Under the pieces are notes generated by a model, which did no database searches, had not been told where the DNA came from, and saw only the letters and a list, made by a program, of their open reading frames with translations. DNA of 64,000 nt from an uncultured Nitrososphaerota archaeon (GTDB lineage: Archaea > Thermoproteota > Nitrososphaeria > Nitrososphaerales > CADDZS01), in contig CAWCYI010000006.1 in the NCBI GenBank assembly GCA_963799845.1, forward strand, positions 384,001 to 448,000. Reading direction: 5' to 3'. Position numbers and translations under genes: made by a program. Shown here in pieces: positions 9,874 to 20,620 of this stretch (positions are counted from its first letter, which is position 1; each line of letters begins with the position of its first letter).

Positions 9874-9953
9874 TGGACGCCCGATAAAGAAAATCGATGA
9901 GTTACTATCGGCCTAGTAAGCAATATATCACCGGTGAGGCATCTCATCTAACC

Positions 9954-10211
9954 ATGAAGCCAGCGAAGATTGCGGCTATAGCGGTTGGAATAGTGTTGGT
10001 TCTCCTCGGTACGGCATTTGCACTTCAGGGAGATGGAATAATCGGAGGGAGCAGTCTGATGGATAATAATTCGAACTTCATCTACATCGGTTCTTTGGTT
10101 GCTGTCGTCGGCCTTGTGATAATCGCATTTGGACTACGCATCTCTTCTCCAAAATCCGCGGCAAAAACTCCGCAGCCAGAACTGCCGCAGAAATCGCAAG
10201 GCCCCACTTAG
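9954..10211 (+). CDS. Small two-TM membrane protein
   Basis: Two hydrophobic helices around LQG.GIIGGS.LM. Confidence 0.65.
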   Translation: MKPAKIAAIAVGIVLVLLGTAFALQGDGIIGGSSLMDNNSNFIYIGSLVAVVGLVIIAFGLRISSPKSAAKTPQPELPQKSQGPT

Positions 10212-10255
10212 ACTGTCACTGGACGTTGAGAGTGCGCGAACCGATTTCAGATCTT

Positions 10256-11251
10256 CTAACTGCCGAATACGACCTTGTCTTTCTGCGACTTTGGCTTGCG
10301 CAGAAGGCTGTAAAGAAGCGCCTTCTGTGTGTGCAGTCTATTTTCGGCTTCTTGCCAGACTACGGATTGCAACCCGTCAATCACCGAGCTAGTGACTTCC
10401 TCTCCTCTGTGAGCCGGCAGACAGTGCATGAAAATAGCGTCCGGCTTTGCGAGCGCCATTAACGAGTCATTCACCTGGTACTCTGGGAGAAAGTCATCGA
10501 GCCTATGCTCTTTCTCCTGATCTTCTCCCATTGAGACGAATGTGTCAGTCACAACGACATCCGCATTTCTCGCAGCTTCCTGCGGAGACTGGATTACCTC
10601 AATTCTAGATCCACTGAACTGGGATTGATTCTTGGCTTTGTCAAGCGCCTGGGGCAAAGGACCGTATTTCTTCGGGCAGGCCACGGTCATGTTCGCGCCG
10701 GAAAGCGCGGCGCCGATCAGGAGTGAATTGCACACATTGTTTCCATCACCTATCCAGGCGATATCGAGACCCTTCAGTTTTTTCTTGATTTGCTTCATGG
10801 TGAGAAAATCCGCGAGTGCTTGGCACGGATGATAGAGATCAGAAAGAGCGTTTATGACGGGAATGTTCGAAGCGGTGGAGAACCTTTCCAGCGTCTCGTG
10901 GGAATAGACGCGGGCCGCAATCGCCTGGCAGAACCCGGAAAGCACTCTGGCCGTATCCTCGGGAGTTTCTCCGCGGGAAATCTGCATCTCTTTGGAATTC
11001 AGGACTACGGCGTGACCTCCAAGTTCAAACATCCCAACTTCAAAGGAGACACGAGTACGCGTACTCGGTTTTTCAAACAGCAGAGCCAGAGAGGTGCCGG
11101 GAATCTGGTGAACGAATTTTCTTTGCGCTCGTTCAGCCTTTAGGATTTCAGCCAGATGCAGGATAGAGCGGAATTCAGACGAGGACAGCTCATCGAGAGA
11201 GAGTAGATCCTTCGAGAAACTCGATCGAATGTCGGATGCCTGGCTCGTCAT
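10256..11251 (-). CDS. argF: Ornithine carbamoyltransferase
   Basis: STRT, HPCQ and HCLP motifs; ATG at 11251 overlaps the upstream stop (ATGA). Confidence 0.96.
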   Translation of the reverse strand: MTSQASDIRSSFSKDLLSLDELSSSEFRSILHLAEILKAERAQRKFVHQIPGTSLALLFEKPSTRTRVSFEVGMFELGGHAVVLNSKEMQISRGETPEDTARVLSGFCQAIAARVYSHETLERFSTASNIPVINALSDLYHPCQALADFLTMKQIKKKLKGLDIAWIGDGNNVCNSLLIGAALSGANMTVACPKKYGPLPQALDKAKNQSQFSGSRIEVIQSPQEAARNADVVVTDTFVSMGEDQEKEHRLDDFLPEYQVNDSLMALAKPDAIFMHCLPAHRGEEVTSSVIDGLQSVVWQEAENRLHTQKALLYSLLRKPKSQKDKVVFGS

Positions 11252-11946
11252 TTGGGAATTACTCCTTTTTGTCGTTTCTTTGTCTTCAATCGACACTCGG
11301 AAATCAGATCCGTCAGGGACGAAAACGTTCTCGCAACTTCGTCCATCCTGATCACGATTATCGTATCGGTGAAACAGCTTACGGTGTCCTCGATGTTAAC
11401 GTGGTTTTCTGCAATCTTGGTGTAGATAGACAGCACTACTCCCGGCGTGCGCACGATTTCTGTAGGGCTGTGAACAATTATCGCAGCGAGATCGGATTGC
11501 TCGTCAAGGACGTCGTCATCGTTAAACTTTTTGTGAATCTCCTCCAGAAGCTTCTGGTCGAAAATCATTGTTATCGCGGAGTTGCTCTCGGAAACTTGGA
11601 GAAACTCCTCCTGATAGCTAGCCATCACGTTCCGCGCAGATTCAAGCGCCCTCTTACTCTTGTCCAGATTCAATTTGGCAACATCGGTTCTCACATTGAC
11701 GACACTGCGGGCCAGGACGCTCTCTATGCCGCCCTCGCTTAATTGAAATCTTGGCTTTATTCTCTTGACGGAAGTAATGAGAGAATCGAAATTAACCTTG
11801 TGCCCTAAATCCTTCTCGACCTTGGGCTTTATGAGACGCGCAATCGCAGTATAATTGCCATACTTTCTGCTGAGCGCATCTTGGAGTGAAAGATCGTTTT
11901 CTATCACTCCTTTCACCACTTTAGATATCGAAATGGCATTGACCAA
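11248..11946 (-). CDS. Archaeal ACT-domain protein with helical N-terminus (putative regulator)
   Basis: NYTAIAR.I N-terminus; C-terminal ACT SP.EIVRTPGVV...NIEDTVSCFTDT. Confidence 0.75.
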   Translation of the reverse strand: MVNAISISKVVKGVIENDLSLQDALSRKYGNYTAIARLIKPKVEKDLGHKVNFDSLITSVKRIKPRFQLSEGGIESVLARSVVNVRTDVAKLNLDKSKRALESARNVMASYQEEFLQVSESNSAITMIFDQKLLEEIHKKFNDDDVLDEQSDLAAIIVHSPTEIVRTPGVVLSIYTKIAENHVNIEDTVSCFTDTIIVIRMDEVARTFSSLTDLISECRLKTKKRQKGVIPK

Positions 11947-11951
11947 TACGG

Positions 11952-11996
11952 GTCATCAATGACTATTACCGTTAATTGTGACCGGAAGTTATAAAA
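11952..11996. promoter_or_regulatory. Divergent promoter region with palindrome and TATA box
   Basis: GTCAT-CA-ATGAC at 11952-11963; TTATAAAA at 11989-11996 between divergent operons. Confidence 0.45.
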
Positions 11997-12035
11997 GCCT
12001 ATTGCTAGGAATAATTCTGCGCGATTTAAGAAAAA

Positions 12036-13289
12036 TTGGCCGATAAAGTTGTACCAGCTTATTCTGGAGGACTGGATACTTCCGTCTCAATAAAATGGAT
12101 CAAAGAGAAATACGGGCTGGACGTAGTCACTTGCACTGTTGACGTTGGCCAGCAAGAAGATCTTTCCGGAATTGGCGAGCGAGCTAGGGAAATCGGCGCC
12201 GTTAATCACTATCAATTAGACGCGAAAGACGAATTCGCGAAGGATTTTGTGTTTCCGAGCATAAAGACAAACAGCCTTTACGAAGGTTCATATCCCCTCG
12301 GTACTGCGCTCGCTCGTCCACTGCTCGCAGAGAAGCTCGTCAACGTAGCGGAAAAAGAAGGAGCGGTCGCAGTTGCGCACGGATGCACCGGAAAGGGAAA
12401 CGATCAGGTGCGCTTTGATGTCACAGTCAAGGCGATGAATCCTGACCTGAAGATCATCGCTCCCGTAAGGGAGTGGAACATGAATCGTCAAGATGAGATA
12501 AAGTACGCCCAGAAAAATCACATTCCAATAAAAGTTAGCAACTCCATCTTCTCAATAGACCAGAATCTCTGGGGTCGCTCCATAGAATCGGGACCATTAG
12601 AAGACCCATTCGTCGAACCGCCGGAGGAGGCGTTCGAGTGGTGCGTCTCGGCGAAAAATGCGCCTGACAGGCCAGAGTATCTAGAGATTGAATTCGAAAA
12701 GGGAGTTCCAATCGCTGTGGATGGAAAAAAGTCCCCTCCAGTAGAGCTGATTCGCTATGTAAACCAGAAGGCGGGTTTGAATGGATTCGGAATCGTTGAC
12801 CACGTTGAGGATCGTCTGGTCGGAATAAAATCAAGAGAAGTGTACGAATGTCCTGCCGCTCTCACTCTGATCGGAGCACACAAAGATCTTGAAAAGCTCG
12901 TTCTCACTAGACACGAGCTTTCATTCAAATCGAAAGTGGAAGAGGAGTGGTCGTGGCTAGTTTATTCCGGGTTGTGGATGGAACCATCCCGACTTGCGCT
13001 TGATGCCTTCGTTAACACTACGCAGGAGCGAGTAAACGGAACCGTGCGGGCAAAATTCTACAAGGGAGGCATGCTGATTGTCGGGAGAAAGTCTGAAGAT
13101 TCGCTCTATCAGCACAAACTTTCAACTTACGACCGCACGTCAACCTTCGACCAGAACGCCGCTGTTGGATTCATCGAACTGTGGGGCCTTCCTTCGAGGG
13201 TAGCGAGCGAGAAAATTTCAGGGATTGGCAAAAAGAAAAAAGCGCCTCTTCAGGTCGTCAAGGCTCCCGGCCCGAAGAAAAAATCGTGA
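12036..13289 (+). CDS. argG: Argininosuccinate synthase
   Basis: AYSGGLDTS, HGCTGKGNDQVRF and KSREVYE motifs. Confidence 0.97.
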   Translation: MADKVVPAYSGGLDTSVSIKWIKEKYGLDVVTCTVDVGQQEDLSGIGERAREIGAVNHYQLDAKDEFAKDFVFPSIKTNSLYEGSYPLGTALARPLLAEKLVNVAEKEGAVAVAHGCTGKGNDQVRFDVTVKAMNPDLKIIAPVREWNMNRQDEIKYAQKNHIPIKVSNSIFSIDQNLWGRSIESGPLEDPFVEPPEEAFEWCVSAKNAPDRPEYLEIEFEKGVPIAVDGKKSPPVELIRYVNQKAGLNGFGIVDHVEDRLVGIKSREVYECPAALTLIGAHKDLEKLVLTRHELSFKSKVEEEWSWLVYSGLWMEPSRLALDAFVNTTQERVNGTVRAKFYKGGMLIVGRKSEDSLYQHKLSTYDRTSTFDQNAAVGFIELWGLPSRVASEKISGIGKKKKAPLQVVKAPGPKKKS

Positions 13290-13349
13290 TGCTGAGAAAT
13301 CCTCACCGTCGAATCAGTGCAAAGTTGTATCCGCCGGTAGAAGGGGAAC

Positions 13350-14918
13350 TTGTCTATGACAAAAACATCAACTCAGGGATTGGAATTGAAATCTAAAGAA
13401 AAGAACATCCTTCACGAGGGCCGATTAGGTTCCTACTCCGCCACAGCGGCAAAATACACCTCGTCCATTGATATTGACGGTCGATTGCTTAGCTCGGTGA
13501 TTCAGATCAATGAAGCCCACGTGATTATGCTCGCGGAGCAAGGAGTGATTGATCTGAAACACGCTAGGGATCTCTTAGGAGCTTTTGGAAAGATTCCAAA
13601 AGACCTTGAAATGAAAGACGATCTTGAGGACGTGCACATGAACGTCGAGCATTTAGTGATCTCGAAGATCGGGAAGGACGCCGGTGGAATGATGAATCTA
13701 GCAAAGAGCCGCAACGACCAGGTTGCCACGGCACTTAGGATGACGCTGCGGGAACAACTAATCTTCCTCGGAGAGTCGATGGTAGCTCTTGAAAATTCGC
13801 TCCTCGCACAGGCTGCAAAACACGCTGACACGATAATCCCTGGTTACACCCACCTACAAAGAGCGCAACCAATAACTCTTGGTCACCAGATGCTAGCATA
13901 CTTTGATTCACTGGACCGTGACTTTGCCAGACTGGTCGATTGTTACCTCAGGACTGACCTTTCTCCGATGGGTTCGGGCGCGCTGGCCTCGACGGGTTTT
14001 CCGATCAGCAGGGAACGAATAGCCGAGCTTTTGGGATTCGAATCAATCCTTGAAAATTCCCTTGATGGCGTTTCATCCAGGGATTTTGCGAGCGAGGCGA
14101 TTTATCTATGCGCTCAGACAATGGTAGATCTGAGCCGATTAGCTGAGGAAATAATCCTCTGGACGACCAAGGAATTTTCCTACGCCGAAATCTCCGACGC
14201 TTTCTCTTCTACCTCTAGCATGATGCCACAAAAGAAGAACGCTATCGTGCCAGAAATATTTAGGGCAAAGACGAGCCAGGTGCTCGGTGATTTAATGGGA
14301 GCGATGGGTCTTCTAAAGTCACTGCCGCTTAGTTACAATTTAGATCTACAAGAACTCACGAGAAATCTCTGGAGCGCAACAGACAAGACAGTCTCGTCAG
14401 TTTCGATCTTTTCAGAACTGATGGGCGAAATAGAATTCAACACCAAGAACATGCTCGAATCCACCACTTCTGATGAATTTCTTTTTGCGACCGAGCTCGC
14501 GGACTACATGGTCCATAAATTCGAGGTTCCGTTTCGCGAAGCTCATTCCAGAGTGGGAAAACTAGTCAGGTTCGCGGCAGAGAAGGGGAACGCGGGTGCT
14601 CAATTCACCAGTATTAAGCCCGATGTGTTATCTGAAATCCTGGGAGTAAATCTGAGCAGTGAAGATCTTTTGTCCATCACAAATCCCGCAAAGGTTCTCG
14701 CGAAAAGAAAAGCAATGGGCGCACCCAATCCCAAAATGGTGTCGGAAGCTGCCAGATCTCGGTTGAAGATTGTCGCAAAACATGTCGAGACCCTTGCTTC
14801 ATTCAAGAGGGGAATAGAAAATGGACGAGATCTCTTGATCTCCGCGGAAAGGAAAATCCAGGGATCAGTTCGCAATGAGGAAAGAAGAAGAAATTCGTTG
14901 ACGGAGGTGAAAGAGTAG
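13350..14918 (+). CDS. argH: Argininosuccinate lyase
   Basis: SRNDQVAT, GYTHLQRAQP and SSMMPQKKN motifs. Confidence 0.97.
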   Translation: MSMTKTSTQGLELKSKEKNILHEGRLGSYSATAAKYTSSIDIDGRLLSSVIQINEAHVIMLAEQGVIDLKHARDLLGAFGKIPKDLEMKDDLEDVHMNVEHLVISKIGKDAGGMMNLAKSRNDQVATALRMTLREQLIFLGESMVALENSLLAQAAKHADTIIPGYTHLQRAQPITLGHQMLAYFDSLDRDFARLVDCYLRTDLSPMGSGALASTGFPISRERIAELLGFESILENSLDGVSSRDFASEAIYLCAQTMVDLSRLAEEIILWTTKEFSYAEISDAFSSTSSMMPQKKNAIVPEIFRAKTSQVLGDLMGAMGLLKSLPLSYNLDLQELTRNLWSATDKTVSSVSIFSELMGEIEFNTKNMLESTTSDEFLFATELADYMVHKFEVPFREAHSRVGKLVRFAAEKGNAGAQFTSIKPDVLSEILGVNLSSEDLLSITNPAKVLAKRKAMGAPNPKMVSEAARSRLKIVAKHVETLASFKRGIENGRDLLISAERKIQGSVRNEERRRNSLTEVKE

Positions 14919-14922
14919 AGAA

Positions 14923-15096
14923 ATGGAAGCAAAGTGCCTAGAATGTGACGCAAACGTTCACGTCGAAGAGGACGCAGTCGTTGGAGAAATCATCACCTGT
15001 CCGGATTGCGGAGCTGATTACGAAGTTGAAGCTCTCAACGACGGGACTGTCACTATCAAAATTGCGGAGAGCGTAAAGGAGGACTGGGGAGAGTAA
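14923..15096 (+). CDS. lysW: Amino-group carrier protein LysW (57 aa; absent from ORF track)
   Basis: MEAKCLECDA...CPDCGAD...EDWGE C-terminal signature. Confidence 0.96.
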   Translation: MEAKCLECDANVHVEEDAVVGEIITCPDCGADYEVEALNDGTVTIKIAESVKEDWGE

Positions 15097-15987
15097 TTGA
15101 CCGAGAAAAAACCAATTGGAATATTGTATGACCGGGTAAGATGGGAGGAGAAAGAGCTCGGGCGCCAGCTCGAGATTAGAGGCATATCGTATGATATGAT
15201 CGACGCAAAGTCCCAGGTCTTGCCGTTGGACAATTCCGAGTTTTCTTCGCTCCCGGAAACTGTTCTGGTTCGATGCGTCAGTTTCTACCGCGGCCTCAAC
15301 GTTTCTTCCGTTTACGAAGCTCACGGAGTTCATACTGTGAATTCGAGCAAGATTCTTGATGTCTGCGGAAATAAGCTCCTCACAAGTCAGGTCCTGGCGA
15401 AGAACGGGGTTCCGACGCCTCGGACTGTCGTTGCCTTTTCTGTCGAATCCGCCATGCAGGCGGTGGATGAGATTGGATTCCCCTGCGTAATGAAACCAAT
15501 AGTCGGGAGCTGGGGCAGGCAGGTAGTTCCGATACGGGATCGCGAGACCGCGGAAGCTCTGATCGAGATGCGCGAGAATCTGAACGACTCGATGCAGACT
15601 ATATTCTACATTCAGGAGATGATCAAAAGGCCGCCGCGGGACATCCGCTGCGTCGCCGTCGGGGAGGAAATCGTAACATGTGTTTACAGATACGCAGCTG
15701 CCGAGAACTGGAAGACGAACGTTGCTCTGGGTGGACATTCGGAGCCATGCAAGGTTACACCAGAGCTGGAGGAGACAATTATGAAGACAGTGAAGATAGT
15801 CGGTCAAGGGGTACTGGGGATTGACCTTATGGAAAAGTCGAGTTCCGAATTTGTCGTCCATGAAGTAAACGGAACGGTCGAGTTCAAGGGAGCCCAGTCA
15901 GTGACCGATCAGAGCATCGCCGGCAGGATCGTAGACTACCTTGCTTCCGGTAGATCTAGACTGGAAAATCAAACCATTGACGCTTAA
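15097..15987 (+). CDS. argX: Glutamate--LysW ligase (LysX/ArgX ATP-grasp)
   Basis: KPIVGSWGR; ArgX-like NVALGG and EFKG; arginine operon context. Confidence 0.85.
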   Translation: MTEKKPIGILYDRVRWEEKELGRQLEIRGISYDMIDAKSQVLPLDNSEFSSLPETVLVRCVSFYRGLNVSSVYEAHGVHTVNSSKILDVCGNKLLTSQVLAKNGVPTPRTVVAFSVESAMQAVDEIGFPCVMKPIVGSWGRQVVPIRDRETAEALIEMRENLNDSMQTIFYIQEMIKRPPRDIRCVAVGEEIVTCVYRYAAAENWKTNVALGGHSEPCKVTPELEETIMKTVKIVGQGVLGIDLMEKSSSEFVVHEVNGTVEFKGAQSVTDQSIAGRIVDYLASGRSRLENQTIDA

Positions 15988-16030
15988 CTTCGAGTGCAAC
16001 TAATTGCCCTCGGGGAGAAATTTTTAATGT

Positions 16031-18427
16031 TTGAAAGGAATGGTTCGTTGTGATTTGTCATCCACGATCGTAAGGAGCGAGGCTGAGCTTTCCGAGCAGA
16101 AGATGGTTGGAAAGAACATCAAACCTCGAAAGGATCTTCAGCTTGTCAAGGGGGCCGGCACCTACACCGATGACATGAAACTGCCCAACATGGTGTACGC
16201 CGCTTTTTTAAGAAGTCCTTACGCTCACGCCAAAATCAGAAACATCGATGTTTCGAAAGCGCTCGAATTACCTGGAGTCGTGTACGTCCTAACTGGCCGT
16301 GAAACCGCCCGGCAACTGGTGACCTGGATGGTAAAGCCAGGATTAAGGACTCCAGAGCGACTATCTCTTGCAACGGACAAGGTAAGATTTGTCGGTGAAC
16401 CCGTTGTCGCCGTCGCTGCCATATCCCGAGGAATTGCGGAAGACGCTGTCGAGCTTGTGGAAGTCGATTACGAGCCGCTGAACGTAGTTGTTGATGCGGA
16501 AAAATCCCTGCAACCTGGAGCTCCTTTGCTTTACGAGGAGTGGGGAGATAACATAATTTTCCACGACGAGATGAAAAGCCCAGGTTCAGAACAGGCCTTC
16601 GAGGAGGCCGATTATGTTTTCAAAGAGAGGTTAGTGAGCAACAGATACTCGCCCACCCCGATGGAAACACGGGCAATGCTTGCAAGTTTTGACAAAACGG
16701 AGAATAAGCTTACAATTTACGCTTCGACTCAGTTTCCCCACGCTCTACGAACCTTCCTTGCCCAGACACTTGATTTTCCCGAGAACAAGATCAGGGTGGT
16801 AGCTCCTCACGTCGGCGGTGGTTTTGGCATAAAGTCCGCTGTCTTCCAGGACGAAGTTTCCACAGTGATTCTATCGATGAAACTCGGAAGACCGGTAAAG
16901 TGGTATGAGGATCGAAAGGAGCATCTCATGATCGCCGGCCATGAAAGACAGCAGGTCCACTACGTGGAGTGCGCGGTGAAGAAAGACGGAACATTGCTGG
17001 CGGTCAGAGACCGTGTGATTGCTGATTTTGGGGTCTCTGGGACTTTTTGGACCGAAGTTCAGCCTGCAATGCTGACGGTCGCTTCATTACCGGGCCCCTA
17101 CAAATTGAGGAACTATGATTTCGATCTCTGGTGTGTCGTAACTAACAAGGCCCCGTGCGGGCCTCACAGAGGATTTGGCAGGCCGGTCGCCGCATATGTC
17201 ATTGAAAGAATGATGGACATTATGGCAAAGAAACTTGGTCTGTCTCCTGTTGAAATCAGGATGAAGAACATGCTCGATTCGAAGGACCTGCCCTGGACAA
17301 CGCCGATCGGGGTTACGTATGATACCGGCAATTACAAAGAAGTTCTTCAAAGAACAATCAAACTCGCCGGCTACGAAAATCTCAGGAAGGAGCAAGATAA
17401 AGCAAAGCGAGATGGAAAGTTTATCGGCCTAGGGATCGCAACTTATGTTGAATATACCGCACCCTCTTCTTCAAGACTTCAGGGAGTGCTCGGTTGGGCG
17501 GTCGGGGGCTGGGAATCCTGCCACCTATCGGCCGACCCATCTGGAAAGATAACGGCGCAGCTTGGGATGGCAGGACAGGGTCAGCCTCACGAAACAATTT
17601 TCGCGCAGGTGATTTCCGATAACCTAGGGGTAAAATTCGACGATATACTTGTGGAGGAGGGCGACACTCAGCACGCGCCTTATGGATTCGGTGCATGGGC
17701 GAGCCGTGGTACCGTTACGACCGGCGGCGCTTGCATAAAGGCGTCCAGAAAACTACGGGACAAAATACTGTTGATCGGGGCCCAAATTCTAAAAGAGGTT
17801 CCTGAAGACCTGGAGATGAGGGAAAGCAAAATCTATTCCAGAGCTCATCCTGACAAGTCTGTTTCCTTCAGGGAAGTTGCGGATACTGCCCTAAGATTTT
17901 CCTCAAAACTCCCGGAAGGGATGGAACCTGGGCTGGATGTTATCTCATTTTACGAGCCTGACTCCCCAACCACTTGCAGCTACGCAACGCATCTTGTTCA
18001 GATCGATGTGGATCCGGAGACCGGACAGGTCAAACTCTTGAAATATTACATTGTAGACGATAGTGGCATTCTGATAAATCCGATGACCGCCCATGGGCAA
18101 GTTCATGGATCTTTAGCCCACGGGATTGGTGGGGCAATGTTTGAGGATCTCGTTTACGCAGATGACGGGCAGTTGCTATCCTCGACTTTCATTGACTACC
18201 TTCTTCCTACGGCAGGGGATATGCCGCAGGTGTTTGTCGACTCGATTGAGACCCCCTCCTTGACACTAGGAGGATTCAAAGGACTCGGGGAAGGTGCGGC
18301 CATTCCAACAGCGGGTGCGATTGCGAATGCAGTCGACGACGCGCTTTCAGCCTTCGGTGTCAAATTCTTGGAACTTCCGATAACGCCAGAGAAGATCAAG
18401 AACCTGATTTCGAGCAGGAAAGCCTAA
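16031..18427 (+). CDS. Xanthine dehydrogenase/CutL-family molybdopterin-binding large subunit
   Basis: LRSPYAHA, VGGGFG.K, PHRGFGRP, GQVHG and KGLGE motifs. Confidence 0.92.
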   Translation: MKGMVRCDLSSTIVRSEAELSEQKMVGKNIKPRKDLQLVKGAGTYTDDMKLPNMVYAAFLRSPYAHAKIRNIDVSKALELPGVVYVLTGRETARQLVTWMVKPGLRTPERLSLATDKVRFVGEPVVAVAAISRGIAEDAVELVEVDYEPLNVVVDAEKSLQPGAPLLYEEWGDNIIFHDEMKSPGSEQAFEEADYVFKERLVSNRYSPTPMETRAMLASFDKTENKLTIYASTQFPHALRTFLAQTLDFPENKIRVVAPHVGGGFGIKSAVFQDEVSTVILSMKLGRPVKWYEDRKEHLMIAGHERQQVHYVECAVKKDGTLLAVRDRVIADFGVSGTFWTEVQPAMLTVASLPGPYKLRNYDFDLWCVVTNKAPCGPHRGFGRPVAAYVIERMMDIMAKKLGLSPVEIRMKNMLDSKDLPWTTPIGVTYDTGNYKEVLQRTIKLAGYENLRKEQDKAKRDGKFIGLGIATYVEYTAPSSSRLQGVLGWAVGGWESCHLSADPSGKITAQLGMAGQGQPHETIFAQVISDNLGVKFDDILVEEGDTQHAPYGFGAWASRGTVTTGGACIKASRKLRDKILLIGAQILKEVPEDLEMRESKIYSRAHPDKSVSFREVADTALRFSSKLPEGMEPGLDVISFYEPDSPTTCSYATHLVQIDVDPETGQVKLLKYYIVDDSGILINPMTAHGQVHGSLAHGIGGAMFEDLVYADDGQLLSSTFIDYLLPTAGDMPQVFVDSIETPSLTLGGFKGLGEGAAIPTAGAIANAVDDALSAFGVKFLELPITPEKIKNLISSRKA

Positions 18428-19372
18428 CGCGAAAGAATCTGTGCGCTGACAATTCCAGCAACTATCATGGCCATCCCAACTAAGTCAAAACCGTTTACTA
18501 TTTCTCCAAGAATCGCGTAGGATAGCACAACCGAAACCGCCGGGAACAAGAGCTGGTTGATTGAAGCTCCGATTATTCCGATGAGCTTCATACCTTTGTT
18601 GAACACGAGGAATGCTATCCCTGAAGCGGTGATCCCAAGATAGAGCATGTAAGAAATTCCAGTAGGAGATGAATTTGCGAAATCTCTCCCGCCGGAAGTT
18701 ATCAGCATCAATAGAATCGTTAGAGGGACTGCAAAGAGAAATGTATTGAAGGTTACGTACTCGGGACTAGCTAGAGATCCAGATTTTCTTTTTCTTCCAA
18801 CGAGGTATCTGGTAGTTACAATATATCCCGCCCAGGAAAATGCTGAAACGACCGCGATAAGTGAACCCAAATAGGGCGAACTACCCGCAAAGCTGGCTCT
18901 TTCTCCGAGAGCAACTATGACGAAAGTTCCAGCGATACCCAATAAAATTCCTACTGCTGAGAATATCTTCATCTTCTCATGAAGGACAATCGTCGCCAAG
19001 ACGATCGCAATCAGCGGATACAGAGCAGTCAGAAACGAAGTCGTGTCAGATTCCAGATATAGGACTGCGGAATTGAGCAGAGTCCAGAATCCGGACGCTC
19101 CAATAACAGAGGCCAATAATAGGTACGGCAGTATCTTCCTTTCTCGCTCGGATCTCCTTTTTCGTAAGGACCACATAAAGCAGGAGAACCATCGTTGCGA
19201 GAAGTGCCCTGTAAACGGAAATTGTGAACGAGTCGTAGTAGTGAAGAGAAAGCTGGATGATAGGATATGCACTCCCCCAGAGAATTGATGAAGACAGTGT
19301 GAGAATAATTCCCAAGGCGTACCCTTTAGGGCGTTTCGCAATGCTCTTTTGAGATGAATCAGAAGCGCTCAT
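18424..19372 (-). CDS. EamA/DMT family transporter, frameshifted near 19135
   Basis: ILWGSAYP in ORF 19046-19372 joins the multi-TM body of ORF 18424-19341. Confidence 0.85.
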
Positions 19373-19567
19373 AACAGGTTATCCCAACATTCTTCGGACT
19401 CCTCGGCTTTCTGGAATTGGACTATTATTTGCTTCTGATGACCCGAAATTATTTTACGGATTTGTTCGCCTTTTCGTCAGAATTAAGATTTTCATGCATG
19501 GCTCACCATGATATGAACCGTCATATTTTACTATGAGAATGATAGGATTGATTGGGAAGGGACCCAC

Positions 19568-20573
19568 TTGCAGTCGGCCGCTGATCCATCTCTCATCGAC
19601 TCTTACGGGCGAGTATTGAGAAAGCTCAGACTGTCTGTGATTGACAAGTGTAACTTTCGTTGCAATTTTTGCATGCCTGATGCGCCGGAATGGCTGCCGA
19701 ACGATGCAGTTCTGACCCCGGCCGAGATTTTTCGGGTAGTTGCGATACTTTCAAAGCTTGGAGTAGATCGTGTCAGGATCACGGGAGGCGAGCCACTCGT
19801 CAGAAAGGACATAGTCGAATTGGTCAGTACATTGTCGTCCTCCGGGAATCTCCAGAGGCTGGGAATGACAACGAATGGTTACTATCTCGCGGAAAAAGCA
19901 CGCGCGCTGAAAGCAGCCGGTCTTTACTCTATAACAATAAGCCTGCACAGTCTGCGCTCCAGCAGATTTTTTGGCGTGACAAAACGGGACGCCCATGCGA
20001 AAGTCGTCGAAGGAATTAGAGCTGCTAAGAACGCGGGATTCGAACGGGTGAAGATCAACACGGTAGTAATTAGAGATTACAACGACGACGAGATATTGGA
20101 TTTCGCCGAGATGGCCTGGAAGGAGGGCTTTAATGTTAGATTCATAGAGTACATGCCTTTTGACGGAAAAAAGATGTGGGAGGAGAAAAAGGTGGTGACA
20201 GGAGAGGAGATTTTGTCTAAGATTAGATCCAGGTTTGAGATTGTACCGCTAGAAAGGGAAGCCGGCAGCACTTCGATTAATTACAGATTTGTTGATGGCG
20301 GCGGAGAGTTTGGAATAATCACTTCAATTTCGAAACCATTCTGCGGTGACTGCGATCGGATCAGAATGACCGCAGATGGAAAGCTCGTCCCATGCTTATT
20401 CAGTAATCAAGAGTTTGATGTCAGCTGCACTCCTGAGAGGTGGCGCTACCAATGAGGAAATCTCCGAATTTTTCAAGCGGTCGCTGAAACTAAAATCTCC
20501 CGGAGTTGAGCAGTTGATAAATCAAAACCAGTCGCTTCATCATGTTCGACCGATGTACGTGACCGGCGGCTAG
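19568..20573 (+). CDS. moaA: GTP 3',8-cyclase, frameshifted near 20423
   Basis: CNFRCNFC, TGGEP and FCGDCDRIR motifs; C-terminal MYVTGG in the other frame. Confidence 0.93.
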
Positions 20574-20620
20574 TCGACTGCTGAACTATTTTTCATGTTG
20601 TCAAAAGCTGGTTTGAATTA

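Noticed and set aside
14938-15861. Long antisense ORF of 307 aa (and similar shadow ORFs such as 313-960)
   Set aside because: Lies opposite well-supported genes and has no recognisable motifs
16031-18427. Aerobic CO dehydrogenase (form I coxL)
   Set aside because: Active-site loop is PHRGFGR rather than AYxCSFR, and there are no coxM/coxS genes; the same applies to 31872-34289
20415-20430. Programmed frameshifting in moaA and the other split genes
   Set aside because: No shared slippery sequence, indels go in both directions and hit unrelated genes; sequencing error is simpler
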